Source of the DNA: Azolla caroliniana
Taxonomy: Eukaryota; Plantae; Polypodiophyta
Assembly: GCA_043228905.1 (NCBI GenBank)
Contig: JBHGNT010000007.1
Span: forward strand, 4,340,001-4,404,000
Length of the DNA stretch: 64,000 bases
Direction: 5' to 3'
Part shown: piece by piece, positions 39,418-52,975 of the stretch
How the letters are laid out: each line of letters opens with the position of its first letter
Position numbering within the stretch: position 1 is the first letter of the stretch
Program-made: the position numbers and the translations under genes
Notes under the pieces: model-generated
Databases searched by the model: none
What the model was told of the DNA's origin: nothing
Seen by the model: the letters and a program-made list of their open reading frames with translations, nothing else

Positions 39418-41646
39418 ATGTGTACCACATCCCCTCCACCAATCATAAAGTTTTGTTGTCTAGCCCCACAAGTATAAAGTCGTTGATTAAATTGAGGTTG
39501 CACCACCCTTATTAAAGAATTGAATTATTACTGGTTAGACAATCTTTGATATCTCACTTTTTTCTACCAAGAATTTTTCTTAAAGCCCTCATTTATTTTG
39601 AAATTATCTTTTAGTAATGCCTGACTATTAGTACTTTTGTGTCCTTTTGCATGGCAACACCCTTCCTTTTTATCTTATGCTTCACTTGATGCCACTCTTA
39701 ATCTTCAACATCTAGTTCTACACCAGTACATACTTCATTATCCTCCCCAACACCTTCGACGTGACCATGAACTTTAGAATCTCGCTCTAACCCATGAGAT
39801 GTTCCCTCATCAATATACAAAATTGCCACATCAATACTCCTTGCAATTTTATAGAGAGGCTCTATCTCCATGCTTGTCATCGAATACAAAATTATGTGCA
39901 TTTGAATTATGAGTCATGACATTATCCCCAATTATAACATTATGTGAACCATTGCTTCTAATGGACGTAGGTTCAGAGCTACATACAAGCTTTCATTATT
40001 CTTCAGCCTTAAATTATAGCTATCAAAGAGACTCAATGGACCAATGGTATAAGACACTAGTACTCACTTGAAAAAGTTAAATCTAACCTTATGCATGCCA
40101 ATCAACCCATAGTTGCTCTTCAATTTGTGTAGGTAAAAGACCATGCACCATTCTTATAGTCTATAATTACTTCCAAATAAACCTATAATTGGGGGGGAAA
40201 TGTAATAATCATCACACATCCAAAAAATCCAAAAATATTTGATAGTGAACCTTGACTACATCTCCCACCTCTTTGATCCCGTCAAAAAACAAGATATAAC
40301 AAGAAGAGCACAATTTCTCCTTTGCATGCCAATATAACAACCAAGAAGACACTAATAACTCCTTTTACAAAGGAATTAGAATGCTCTCTAATATATGAAG
40401 TTGCCATGAAAAGAAAGACAATACTTTGTGCCACAAGACGACAAAGAGTTGAGCACATGAAAAACGAGGAATTTTAAGAGGAATGTTTCCATTTAAGTAA
40501 GTGCCACTATGATGTCCTAATCATTGTCCTCCCATGGGTTACACCCTCTTTCTCAATAAAATATTGAGCAATAAATGTCCACAGTTATGAGTGTGAACAC
40601 GTGTCTTCAAATAACAAAGACTTGTGAGCCATCATATGGGTATATAACTAATAAGACTAGTTTTGCAACTCCCTCTAAGCACTTGGGGGTTGTTAGATTG
40701 TTCCACACTACCCATGTTGTCGCAATGTTACGCACGTACATGTGAAATCTAAATGGGACCACCAAGGACTTGAATAGGAAAGGATTGGTTGACTAGGAGG
40801 ATGCAAGGACTAAGATGGCGGGAATATTTGGAGACTCGAAGGCTCATGGAAGTCGAAAGACCACGGAACTTAAAGGCCCTCGAAAGTTGAAAGGTCTTCA
40901 AAATCAAAGGCTCCTTAGAGTTGAAGGGTCGTTAGAGTCAAAGGAAGTGACGAGTTGAACGACACTTAATGTGCATGGTTAGGATCAAAATAGGGTATTC
41001 ACATAAGGAACATGAGATTATGAAGAGTTTTAGCACAAGGATGAGATCAAATGGGTCTTTTTTAGGGCAAAGGCAATAGATTTTTTTTAAAAATCCCTTT
41101 ATAAAGTATGGTCTACAAAATGTTTGAAGTGATTAAGTACAACACAAAGAGGAAATAAACCGAAACTCTCATGAAGATGATAAAGAAGGAAACCCTAAAA
41201 TCTCAAATATGTTGAGAAGACTGAAGAAGAAGAAGATCTATAGGAGTTAACGAAGAAGATAAGATCACGAGTAGAGCTTCAAGGGGATATCCTCAAGTTT
41301 TGGCAACGATGTCTCAACGAATGACGACCATGATGCCTTTTGTCGTTGTTGAATCCTCTTGATTCGAAACCCTAGCTCTCTCACTTCATATTTCAACAAC
41401 ACTTCCGAACCTCTGGTCTCCAACTCGTAGGACACACTTTTACCAATTAAGCTAAGCCTTTTTGTTGTATTCAACTATAACTTATGACATTTCTTTCTTA
41501 CTACACCCTCAATCTATCATTCAACCTTTTTAATAATCCTAGTTTAACTTAATTCCTCCTATGCATTTCCTACATAACGACAATGTGATCCCTATCTTAT
41601 CCCTCTTGGATGTCAAACGGAATGCAAAGCCTTCTTAGTTCATAAT

Positions 41647-42078
41647 AGCAACTACAAAATATATAATATCATGGGTTTGGTTTCTTTGCCTTTAAACCAA
41701 ACCATTTATAGAAAACAAAAACCGTTCATGAACTCCCAAGCCACTTAAAGCAAACCACTTAAGAAAAATGTACACCAAACTGTTTAGAGAAAAGTTGAAA
41801 CCAAACCCGAACAATTTAAATTAATTAAATCAATAAATAAAAAACATTAATTAAATAATTCAAGAAATAGAAAAAAGTTAACAAAAAACCAATAAACCAA
41901 ACCATGTAAACCTATAAACCAATAAAGAAGAGTCTTAGAACCAAACCAAACTAAAGCCAAACCATTTAATAATAATTGAACCAAACCAACATGCTTAATT
42001 ATATTGGAACCGATAAACCCGTTAAACCATGGCTAAACAGTTCGGTTCAGTTTGAGCCGAAACCAAGGCCATAGCTAT
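41647..42078. mobile_element. hAT-type MITE of the 15417 family, inverted
   Basis: Ends GAGCCGAAACCAAGGCCATAGCTA; AAACC-rich body; left end and TSD unclear. Confidence 0.6.
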
Positions 42079-42112
42079 AGTGTTGAGCGTGTTCTACATA
42101 ATAAATAAATAA

Positions 42113-42425
42113 GGGAAAAGTACCCAGATACCCAAGGAAGTTCGCCTATTTACCAGAATGCCCCTGGAAGTTCCAAATTTACCAAACCACCCCTATGTCC
42201 AAAAAAATACACTTTATAAAGTAAGTACAAAGGACCCAAAGAATCTCTTAAGTAAAGAAATTTGTGTTTTAAGGGTATTATGGTAAATAGGGCTTGTAGA
42301 TTTGAGTGTATAATTATTTTAAAGAGTGTATTTTTTGGGGCATAGGGGTAGTTTGGTAAATTTGGAACTTCCAGGGGCATTCTGGTAAATAGACGAACGT
42401 CCAGGGGTATCCTCATACTTTTCCC
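42113..42425. mobile_element. Mutator-like (MULE) MITE in the Apd1 promoter
   Basis: ~105-bp TIRs starting GGGAAAAGTA; perfect 9-bp TSD AATAAATAA; absent from the duplicate at ~31560. Confidence 0.9.
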
Positions 42426-42617
42426 AATAAATAACTAAATAACTAAATCAAAATATCTATTTCTATTTCTATTTCTATTTCTATTTCTATTTATTTAATA
42501 TATAGAACATGAAGAGCCCCTCCTCTAAGTTTTGGTTATTTACACTGAGTACCCCTCCCCCCACAGAAGGAAACAGACAGACGTAGAAAGAAAGAAGTGA
42601 AGAAGAAGAAGAAGAAG

Positions 42618-44451
42618 ATGATGATGATCAGAAAAATGTCGCTCAGAACGATCAGGTCTGATCGATTCTGTTCTCTTCCTCTTCTCCATCTTCTCTCCAT
42701 CCCTCGGAATTCGATGATTTCCCTCCGATCTATGGCTTCCCTTCATGATAAGGATCTCCATACCCCCTCTGCCATGCCCAGAAGAGACGAGCTGACTGGA
42801 ACTGTGAAGCTTTACCATCGCCATTTCTTCTTGTCTTACAAGGATCCTCTGAGTTGGCCTCCTCAGCTCGAAGCCTCAGAAAACGACCTGCTTCCTCGTT
42901 CTCTCTCAGTCTCACTCATCAAATCTCGCAATGCTTCTTGTTCTTCTTCGGATTCTTCTTCTTCTGTATCTCCTAAGGAGGTTAGTTCTTCTGCTTCGAT
43001 TTGATTTTTTTATCTGCCTTCTTCCTTTTCTGAGACTGGTTCTTCTGCAGTCTTTCTCTTGGTTCCATTATTCCTTGCTTTGACGCCTCTCACTTAAATT
43101 GACTGTACGTAAACTCACTCGAAGGTTTTTAATGACTGCATAAGTTAAGAGGGAGGGCTACGATATTGTGTCTAAAGATGTGATATTGGCAACATGGAAA
43201 AGAACTGCCTTATTCAAACAAGCCTCTCTTTTCATGAAAACTCGAATTTGGGTTCTGGAGAGAAATTTCTGCAGCAATCATAACTGAATTGTTCTCTTTG
43301 ATACTATGTTCAGTAGGGAATGCTTCGGAGGTTCTATATATATATATCGGTTTTGGTGCTGAAATATGCTAAAATTGATGGCTCTGGTTCTAGCATTTGG
43401 GCTTTATCTTGTTGGATTGTCTTTATTAATCATCAATAAAAGTAGTATTGAAAGGGTTGCCAACTGTGACGAAAACCGGGTGTTGTATCCTTTGTTCAGG
43501 ACCTGAATGTGAAATTAAGTGCAATGTGTACAAAATCTCGAGTCAAGATCTTTTCTTTTTTTCTTTTTACAGAAGTTTCCGGTTGTGAAATAAACCAAAA
43601 ATGGCCGGTTTGCTTGGGGTTTCACCACCTTCTGAAAGCTTCTTAGGCCGGTCTCATGGATGCTATTCTAGACGTAAAGAACTCAGAATTTTGTTTGTTC
43701 AATGCCTATTGGAACAACAACCAAAGTTGGTATATGGATTGCCTGCCTTATGTCTCTTGCCAACAAGACCTTGTAACACAGACAGATAGAAGAAAGTCTC
43801 CATATAATTGTTGCTCTCTTAGACACAAATGTCTAATGCCTATTAGATTGGCAGCTATATGCAGACATTAAACATTGTTTCCACTTTTAAGGTGACACGT
43901 TGAGTTCACTATTTGCAGTCTTCCTTTTCATTCAAGGGTCTAACCTGTTTTAAATGAATAATAATCATGTTTCATTGGTTTCCCTTTTGTTTTGCCTGCT
44001 CAGTTCCAGTTTAAGAATGTTTCATAGTTTTCCCTTTTTATTTCTGGACGTCACAGTTTTTTCCAAGCTTTGATCAAACAATGACACTGAATTTGTTCTT
44101 TACATGTATTCCTTCTTTGCATGATTAGTTTTTGCTCAATGTTCAAGTCTCTCTTAACTACCAAACTTCAGAATTTCTTTAAAATTTCATTTTCATTTCT
44201 ATTGATTATCACATTATTTAAATATGGTTGGGCATTTTTGTTTCCTCCCTTCACACAGACACGCCTTACAATTTATGAAGCCACTGGTTCGGATGGTGAT
44301 CTCCTCATATTTCCTGACATGCTCAAATACAAGCAAGTGTTTTTCTTTCCAATCTATTTGTTGACTTAGTTTTACATACTTCCACAGCTAGTACCATTAG
44401 TGTATGCACAACAAATTAAGACTGATCACAAGTAACATTATGATGACATAC

Positions 44452-44520
<69 letters not shown>

Positions 44521-45637
44521 CTAGCATGATTATTGTTATACATGACATGTATGCACAACGAGCACGATTATATTATACAAGGAGTTATATATGTATACAT
44601 GAAAAACATGATTTCCATAAACGAATGACGTGATTATCATATAGATGCAGGTGTACCAAGATTGAAAAAAGAAAATGATTCCATCTTGTACAGGGGCCTC
44701 GCAGTTTCCAACATTGAACAGTTTGTGGAAGAGGTTGTGGTAAAGGAGAAGGATTGGTCACAGATGAGTCCAGAAAAGCTCATGGGATCTTATGTCTTTG
44801 TATGTGCCCATGGTACTCGTGATCGCCGTTGTGGTACATGTGGACCCCCCCTAGTTGAAACCTTCAATAAAGAAATCAGGGAACGATCACTGGCAAATGA
44901 TATTTTTGTTCAGTCTTGCTCACATGTTGGTGGCCATAAGTATGCGGGAAATGTGATCATCTTCAGCCCTGATGCTTCCGGTGAAATCTCAGGCCATTGG
45001 TGAGGTTACTTAAATTTTTGTGAGTCTATGCAGTAGATTTTTAAAACTTTGCAGAATCCTTAAAGAGGTCATACATGTTTTGGTAGTGGTAGTTTTTCTT
45101 CTAATTGATGGAATGGATTTTATTGTGCTAGCCTTGTATTAATTTTTTTATCAGTAATTTGTATTAGGTATGGTTATGTCACTCCTAATGATGTCGCTGT
45201 GCTATTGGATGAGCATATTGGAAAAAGGAAAATAATTGAGAAGCTTTGGAGGTTGATATCCATTCCTCTTCTTTTATGAATGCCATGACATTTCATACAG
45301 TATATGAAGAATATAAGACAAGATTATGCTTGAAGATTTAAGGAACGATTTGAATCAAGAATTTTTTGTAGCGACGAAAGAAACTTATTTCCTTATAATT
45401 AAATATCTATAGGGTGAATTGACTACCAACATGATCATGTGTTTCATATGTAAAAATCAATATAATGTTTGGTGTATTATTTGCTAACTTTATTGGTTGA
45501 AGATTTCAGAAGTTCACACAATTCCATTTCTTTGGTCACTTATTTGTGTGTTTCCTTGTTGCAGGGGGCAAATGGGGCTTAACGAGACTGAACAGAAACT
45601 AGCTCATCAAAAGAGACTTGAAGAAAGTAACTCATAG
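42618..45637 (+). CDS. Sucrase/ferredoxin-like (Apd1/Aim32-type) 2Fe-2S protein; exons 42618-42980, 44259-44332, 44694-44999, 45168-45251, 45565-45637
   Basis: GTVKLYHRHFFL, LIFPDMLKYKGL, VCAHGTRDRRCG, CSHVGGHKYAGN, WYGYVTP, LWRGQMG; splice phases are consistent; start codon uncertain (42618, 42636 or 42732), possible transit peptide. Confidence 0.9.
44454..44515. repeat. (AT)n microsatellite in Apd1 intron 2
   Basis: About 30 AT units; short in the duplicate at ~10372. Confidence 0.95.
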
Positions 45638-46672
45638 AAGATATTTGAAGCTGAGAGGAAGCAAATGATGACTAATATGATCCATATTTTTCTGGAACAA
45701 TTTTTAATCTATCAATGGAATATACTGTCAATTCTAATACAGGCATTACTGAAGATTGTATAATATAAGAATTGGACACATACAAGAAATGGATAAATAT
45801 GTGCCTGAATCTAGTTAGCAGATCCATACTAAAACAACGCACACCACAAATATGGTTACTTGATACCATTGTCATCCCCCCAGCCTAATTTTTATTCATG
45901 ATATATTCTGCTTTATACAATCCATTGTTCTCTTTAGTTGCTGAAAAAGGAAATGTATCGGTTTAGACAATTCACTGCACTCCATTTTATTTAGTTTATC
46001 TTTTATTTGAGTTCAGTTTCTCTCCTTCAAGAGTTCTGATTTCATATATTTCTTGAATTAGTGAGTGCAACTACCATGCAAGTCAATTCTTGAAAAATCA
46101 ATCCCATTCTGTTTTTGACTTAAGTCTTCTCAAGTGAATTAAAATAATACATGACACCAATTAACTGGTTAAGCTGGTCTTGTCAAGATATTGGTTGAAA
46201 GTTGAAACCAAGTTATTAAATATAATATGACAATGTTCATTGATGATGTAAATTTCTAACTATCATTTATCTGATCCTTTTAATTTAACCAATGACACTT
46301 ATGCTTACACTTAGTCATGCCATATAAGTTGCCACAAGAGAAAATGAACATGACAATTTTGAGGTATGTGCTGATAATAGAGGAATCCAAAAGCTAAAAT
46401 CACTATTAGCACTGATAGCTGGGTAAATCTTTGATGTTTTTATCGTTTTTGGATTGTACAGAACAAATGCCCATTTGGGACAATTGAATTAACAAGAACC
46501 CCTTAATCTACTATTCACTACTAGTTCATTCATAGAATGGTCGGTACGCTGCTACAGTATGATTGGTCTCTGCTGGTGAATTTGCTACAATATGATTTGT
46601 CTTCGCTTGCAGATGAATCATACACAATAGAAATAGGTAAATTCCCGCAATCATTGAATGCTTATAAATATA

Positions 46673-49600
46673 TCACAAGCTTAAATTAGAGCATAATTTC
46701 ATGCCTTTGTGCACTTCACATCTCTTTCTACCAGAAAGCGGCCTTTCTTTGCAAGGAAATCCATTATTAGCATCAATAATGCCACATATATTTTGCAAAG
46801 ACTTAGTTGAACCCAACTTTGTTCTCATTCCTTTATGAGCATCACACCTCTTTCTTCCAAGGACAGGTGCTTCATTGCAAACAATGCCATTAGCATCAAG
46901 TACTCCACAAATCATGACCCCTGCCTTAGATTGTGAGTATTCCTCAGATGCCATAGATTTAACAAATGATTCTTCTTTCTGCATTCCATATTTCCATTGC
47001 ATAAATGAAACTCTTGAAGTTGACTGAATTCTCATCCCTTTATGTTTACTACATCTTTTTCTCCCATAAACGGGCGCTTCTTTGCAGACCATACCATTAC
47101 CATCAATTACTCCACATATATCACCCTTCTCAGGTGGTTCCCAAGGGAGAGATGTAATTACTATTTTTGCTCCATTCGATGATCTATAGGTAGCTGTTCC
47201 AGTAGGTTCAGATGGATTTGTCTTCTTGTTGGATTTAGAATTTGCGCACTCCAAAGTACATGATATTGTTTCCTTCTTCATTGCATGGAATTGCCAGGGT
47301 AATGCATCTAACAAGTTGCTCCTCTCATCACCTGGAAAGTCCTTATTAACCTTATTTGACTTCCAGAGCTTTTTGCTGAAAGCTTTAATAACAGACTTCA
47401 TTTTCAACTTCCCAGTCTTCTGCTGAAGCTTCATAAAAGCGTCATTGGGCCTCCTTTCTTTATTGCTTCCTCTATTCCAAGCATAGTCGAAACATTTTAG
47501 TAGTCCTGCTTCTATAACCAGTGCATCAGTCCTACACTTAGTCTGAAATAGAGAAGATGATTAGCACACTCTCTCTTCCTCTTTTCATAACACACACACT
47601 CTCTCTCAATGGATGCCTACATGCCCCATAGTGCTCACAAAGTAATAGGCCAACTCTCCACAAGCTAGAGATTGAAGCAAGACAAGCATTTTGCACACCT
47701 GGGGCCAACTGAAGCAGTATACACTCTTTGCGGAGTACACTCTTCGATAAATGATGAAGAAGGCTGACCTGCATCACTTTAGGTATGGCTTGCTTGAGAT
47801 TCGGATGCATAGGTATGTGGAGTCATGACTGAGAAAGTAAAGGAATGGCAACAACGGGAACCAGGATACAAGGCACATGGGCCATATCAGCACCAGACCA
47901 TGGAGATCATTCACCAGAAGCATCACCAATTGTAAAGCCAGCTAGTGCATTAAGATTATTGTCATGGATCTTTCAGAAACCTTGACCTTTTATTTTTGTT
48001 TCAGTATGGATAACCTGATGTCCCCCATATTTGTAATCATACTTGTCTCAAAACCTGAAATGGGTAATTACGGTATTGTTGGCTTTCAAAATGGGAAAAT
48101 TCACTTAGAGATGTAATTGTATTTGTCTCACTGCTTTCATTATCCACCATCATCAAGAAGTCTCAGTGTATGACTTTACCACACTGAATTTGCGAAGGCA
48201 ACCCTTATATTAAATAATAATATCTTTTATATTTATGAAATAGCACAATGAAACGTGAAGAATTCAAAGAAAGAAGAATAAGCTTATTGACTATAAGCTA
48301 AAATAATTTGATCCCAAGCTGTAAGTTCTTCTATAGGTTAAACATTATTCTAGTGCGAAGGCAACCCTTATATTAAATAATAATATCTTTTATATTTATG
48401 AAATAGCACAATGAAACATGAAGAATTGAAAGAAAGAAGAATCAGCTTATTGACTATAAGCTAAAATAGTTTGATCCCAAGCTGTAAGTTCTTCTATAAG
48501 GTAAACATTATTCTGGTGCTCTCTAGATCTCATGAATGTTTCTTAAGAAGTTTGTTTATGAAACACTTAGCTTAACAATTTGATGCATCTTCTCCAATTT
48601 GATTTTGTTATGATATTTATTCAGCATAGCATTATAAAAAACGTCTTTGCAAATATCATTACCACTCTCATTCTACACAGAAAGCATTTGCAAACACCAA
48701 GTAATTGCTATGCTGTTTTTTAGTATGAAATATGTCACGTATGCTTTTTCTCATATTCCCTAACAACATAGACTCAACAATATCGAAGAGAGAAAAGCAG
48801 GGATTATCCTAATAATTGCTCAGATAGCAAAATAATTGCTCGAGGAGACTGATCAAGGACATATGGGGTAACAATGAAATTGAGGATTTTGGTCAAAAAA
48901 GAAATTGTGGATTTTAGAGGAACAGGTCTACAGTTACACATATGTCTAGCAGAAGTAATGGAATCAATCCAAAAAAGGTTGCTACTATTGTACCAAGGGT
49001 ATATCAGAAATATATTGGTTAAGTACAGTTATCCTCCCTTTGCTGTGACAGGTCAAATAATGCAAACAAAGGAGTAGATTGTCTCCTCTAAATGGCAAGC
49101 TGAAACCAATTTCCAAAATCTCACCATAGAGATCAAACATCAAGAAGACAACATAAGGAGAGAAATGTGAATGGCAAGGGAAGCAATGAGGAGGATAATA
49201 AATGTGGAAAAGGAGAGACCAATGTGATCAGAATGAAAAAGATGTTAAGGTTTTTGAGACTGGAAAAAGTACACCGAAGTTCTAGGATATTCTAACATAT
49301 AATATCACAATGGCCTAATAATATCCCTCTTAAAGCTTATTTTGAGAGAAAACGTCATCACATCAATTCCATGAAGTTACCATATTAATAAACAGCCCAA
49401 ACATTGAAAAAATTGCAAGAGTGCATTGCCTTTTATTGACTATCTAAAGTTATGATTCTATTACAGTGGCAAAGTTAGGATCTCATTACATGCTTGTGGT
49501 ATTGTAATCAGACAGTTAGTAGAGCTTATGAATGAACGCGAGCGGATAGCTCAAAACAAGTTGTGGATACTAATGATATGCAAAATCACGTTTCCAATCA

Positions 49601-51482
49601 CTCCTCTCTTCACTAATACTCTTAACCACCTTTACAAGAATCTTCATGAGCCTATCAACATGATACCCTGTGCATCTGATCGCTTCTGGAAAACAGAGAT
49701 TTCAAAAGTTCATTATTCATGTCTTGTATTCATTGACCATGTCTTCTATGCAGTCCCTTAGCTCTCTTGTGAACACGAACCTTCATAAGAACTTTTAAAA
49801 AAATTCTCTTGTGAATTTTGCCCATTGCTACGCATTTGCACTGAGTTTTACCCATAACTTTATTGAAAAATTTTAAACTCCTTTGCTGCAAGTTGCAGGA
49901 TCATGTGATTATGCACATGCTTCATATTGCAGGATCACAGCTCAATTGAGCTTCTTATTGTGTATTTTGTATCCAGCTTTTACAGTACATTCCACTCCTG
50001 GTACTTCATAAATCTTTATTCACAAACGTGCCCCACAACTTTATAGTTTAATACCCTCTTCCAGTTAAGAATGCTTTGTGAACAAGTATGACCAATCACA
50101 CATTGCTAATCAGCATGTGAAAGAGTTTGGATTTAAAGCATGGTAGTTTAAAATAGTTAAAAAAGGTGTGAGGGATTTGAAGCATGGCATCACATATCAA
50201 TGAAAGAATGGCATTGTGGTTGTCTGCGGGATTCACAACACAGCAAATAAGGAAATGAATGGCATGCGATGAATAGTCTAAAAAGGTAAAATGGCAAGAG
50301 AGATGTTTAAACGTAACATACCTGAGTCCATCGAAATGCAATTGGGTATCCATGAGTGAATGCCCTCGTGAATAAGCGTGGACAATCACAAGCTACTTGT
50401 TGACATGCGAAATCATTTAAGTTTCTCTCACTTGAAGTTGTGTTCCCAGAAGGTTTCCATGACTTCCCACACTTATAATCACCCCCGCCACCAGTTTCTA
50501 AGTGAGATCCAGTGCGACCATATTCTTGAAGCCTAGAATACAAATTTTCAGCTTGCCCGACATAAACAACAACAAGTGTGTCCTTCTTGAATTGGGCTGA
50601 GGATCTTGTGCCATTGGTTTTTGTGAATTCAGTTGAGCATAGAGCAAGTTCATAGACACCTGGGCAAAATGGAGCTCCTTTCACATTGTGTGTTCGATAT
50701 CGCTCTGATCCTTCAGTGCCAGAAAAATACTTCTGCCAATCTGTGGGTCCGACCAGAATCTAAAGAGAAGAAGAAAAGCAGAAGAAAAATTAAACAAAAG
50801 AAAAGAGAACCAAATATAATTTGACAACCTCCAGCAACTTCAAGAAATCAAAAACAACATTCAATTTGGTGATATCAAAATGGAATTAAAGATTTAGTGT
50901 AGTAAAATTAGTTCTAATATAAAAAAAAGGGTAATGTAACAACTGTTAGCAATGCCAAGAAAAGAGTAATAACGTTCACAATTATAATACAAAATATCCT
51001 TCAAACATGTGTGAGATAAAGAGGCACTTAAAAGCTCAGATCTTGTAAAATTACATGTAATAGATACTAAACAGAAGTATATCAGAGTAGTAGATCAACA
51101 AAAAACAGAAACAAAAGAGAAAAATGTAGGCAAGAAATGTGGATCGAATATAAATGATGTACATGTAGCTAAAACATTTCAATCCATCTCTATAAAACAG
51201 AATATGAAAATAAAAATGGATAGTAAACAAGGATCTCATCTCTATATACAATGTCATCAGACAACATGTATCTGTCCCTTTCTTCATTTCTCGTGGTATT
51301 CGAATAATCCGCATAAAAAAAGAAGAGAAGTAACGACTAACCTTCCACTCCGAGAAGAGGCTGTCGTGATGAGGAAGGAGAGAATGATCTTCTCGCTTGA
51401 TCCGAGGAGAGGAGCACGTTCTGGAGCAGAGGAGATGGTGATGGAGAGGAGGAGGAGGGGGGGGTCTGGTTCTGAACCCCAT
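46673..51482 (-). CDS. EFFECTOR OF TRANSCRIPTION (ET/HRT)-like protein; exons 51482-51342, 50759-50322, 47542-46673
   Basis: KRED..HDSLFSEWK|ILVGPTDW; GIY-YIG-like PGVYEL..VYVGQAENLYSRLQEYGRTGSH; FDYAWN; three C-x8/9-C-x10-C-x2-H (GRKRC..HKGM) ET repeats; GT-AG introns in phase. Confidence 0.92.
48191..48516. repeat. Direct tandem duplication, 2 x 163 bp, in ET intron 2
   Basis: TGCGAAGGCAACCC starts at 48191 and again at 48354. Confidence 0.9.
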
Positions 51483-51644
51483 GAAAGCTTAGATTAAAGA
51501 CTGTGTGATCATATCATCTCCTTCAATCAAAATTAACCCGTTACCAAGAAAAGAAAGTCTTCTTCCTTCCTCTTGACATTACTTCTGGGGTGTGTTTGTG
51601 TGTGTATGTATATGTATGTATGTATATTATGTCTTCGATCGTTC

Positions 51645-51950
51645 GATCCGAAAGGGTTTTCTCCGATTGTTAAGAGTCACAAGATCCGACAAGGTTTTGT
51701 CGGATAGTTAGAGTGGTACGATCCGAAAACGGTTTTTATCCGATAGCTAGAGCGGTATGATCCGACAAGGTTTTACCGAAAGTTAGAGTGGTACGATCCG
51801 AAAAAAGGTTTTATCCCATAGTTAGAGCGATATGATCCGAAAGGGATTTATCCAATAGTTTGAGTGGTACGATCAGAAGGGGTTTTGTCTTACAGAGTGG
51901 CACAATCCAAAAGGGTTTTATTTGATAGAGTGATACAATCCGAAGGGTTA
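51645..51950. repeat. Tandem array of ~8 x 33-39 bp just upstream of the ET start
   Basis: Consensus GATCCGAAAGGGTTTTATCCGATAGTTAGAGTGGTAC. Confidence 0.9.
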
Positions 51951-52867
51951 GCAAATGTGCCTATGTCGTGGGTCGAGGGCACCAAGCTCCATCCAATAAT
52001 TTGTTGGACTCCATGAGGCAGCTCAACCAAGTGTCATAATGCTACCTTTTGACATGCTCTATGTCATTGGAAGGTTGAAGTGAGGCCATTGTCTCTCATG
52101 GGACAATGGTTGTTGTGTGTTACCTACCCTTGGAGGATGGAGTGATGGGGTACCCTCGTGAGAAATGCATTTTACCTTTCGAGTTGCAAGGCTTTTAGGG
52201 GGGCTAAGAGAACTAGGCATCACCTCTTCTAAGTCCTAACCTAAAGTTGTGGGCTCGATCTACATCGAATATATACGCATGTATTCCCCTTAACTCCAGA
52301 TTGAAAAGAAGAAGAAAGGTTAACAATTGGAAGATAATCTCCAACACAACACAACAATCTAACATATGTATAAGGCAAAAGTAATTCATATTATTCCACT
52401 TTTACTAACTCAACCACAACCATAGTTCAAATCTTTCTTGAATGGTGTCAATGATGGTGTTAATATTGACGTTGATGATGTTTACATGGCGATGGTGAAT
52501 CAATGTTGATGGTCATGACTCATGATGATAGTGAAATCGTAAACAATTTTATAAGCTTTTTACCCAAATTTTACTAGATTATCATGTTGTACATGGTTTT
52601 TTTTCTAGAATAATATTGCTCCATTCTCTCTCAATAATTATTATTTTTTTTCAAAAGAACATATCCTTCCATTAGTTTTTAGAAAAGTCATAACAACATA
52701 CAAAATATTTTTCCCAACTCATCTTTATAAGATGATGGTTTGAGGAAAGCAATTTATGTACTCCAAAGTAGAGAAAACTAGTCAACTAATCTAAAAGTTA
52801 TTCTATAGCCACATTCCAAGCTACTTGCAATCCCATATATCTTAAATAACTTGCATCTCCCAAGTCA

Positions 52868-52975
52868 AACTCAAATAGACCCATGAGGGGAGACTTCAAT
52901 GCTACTACATCTGTAGCAGGAACCTTGTGAATCTTCCCTTTATTAAAAACATAGCTCCCATCAACGACTTTAAAC
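52868..52975 (-). pseudogene. Isolated Rab GDP-dissociation inhibitor (GDI) gene fragment
   Basis: [35 protein letters not shown] matches the conserved plant RabGDI segment from memory; flanks unrelated. Confidence 0.8.

Noticed and set aside
38532-39418. ORFs rich in ER, LS and TH repeats (also 56053-57261)
   Set aside because: Translations of CT/CA microsatellites inside MITEs
46673-50759. GIY-YIG domain as a sign of a homing endonuclease or horizontal transfer
   Set aside because: This is the known domain architecture of plant ET/HRT proteins, in an ordinary spliced gene
51645-51950. CRISPR-like palindromic repeats
   Set aside because: Head-to-tail degenerate units without spacers
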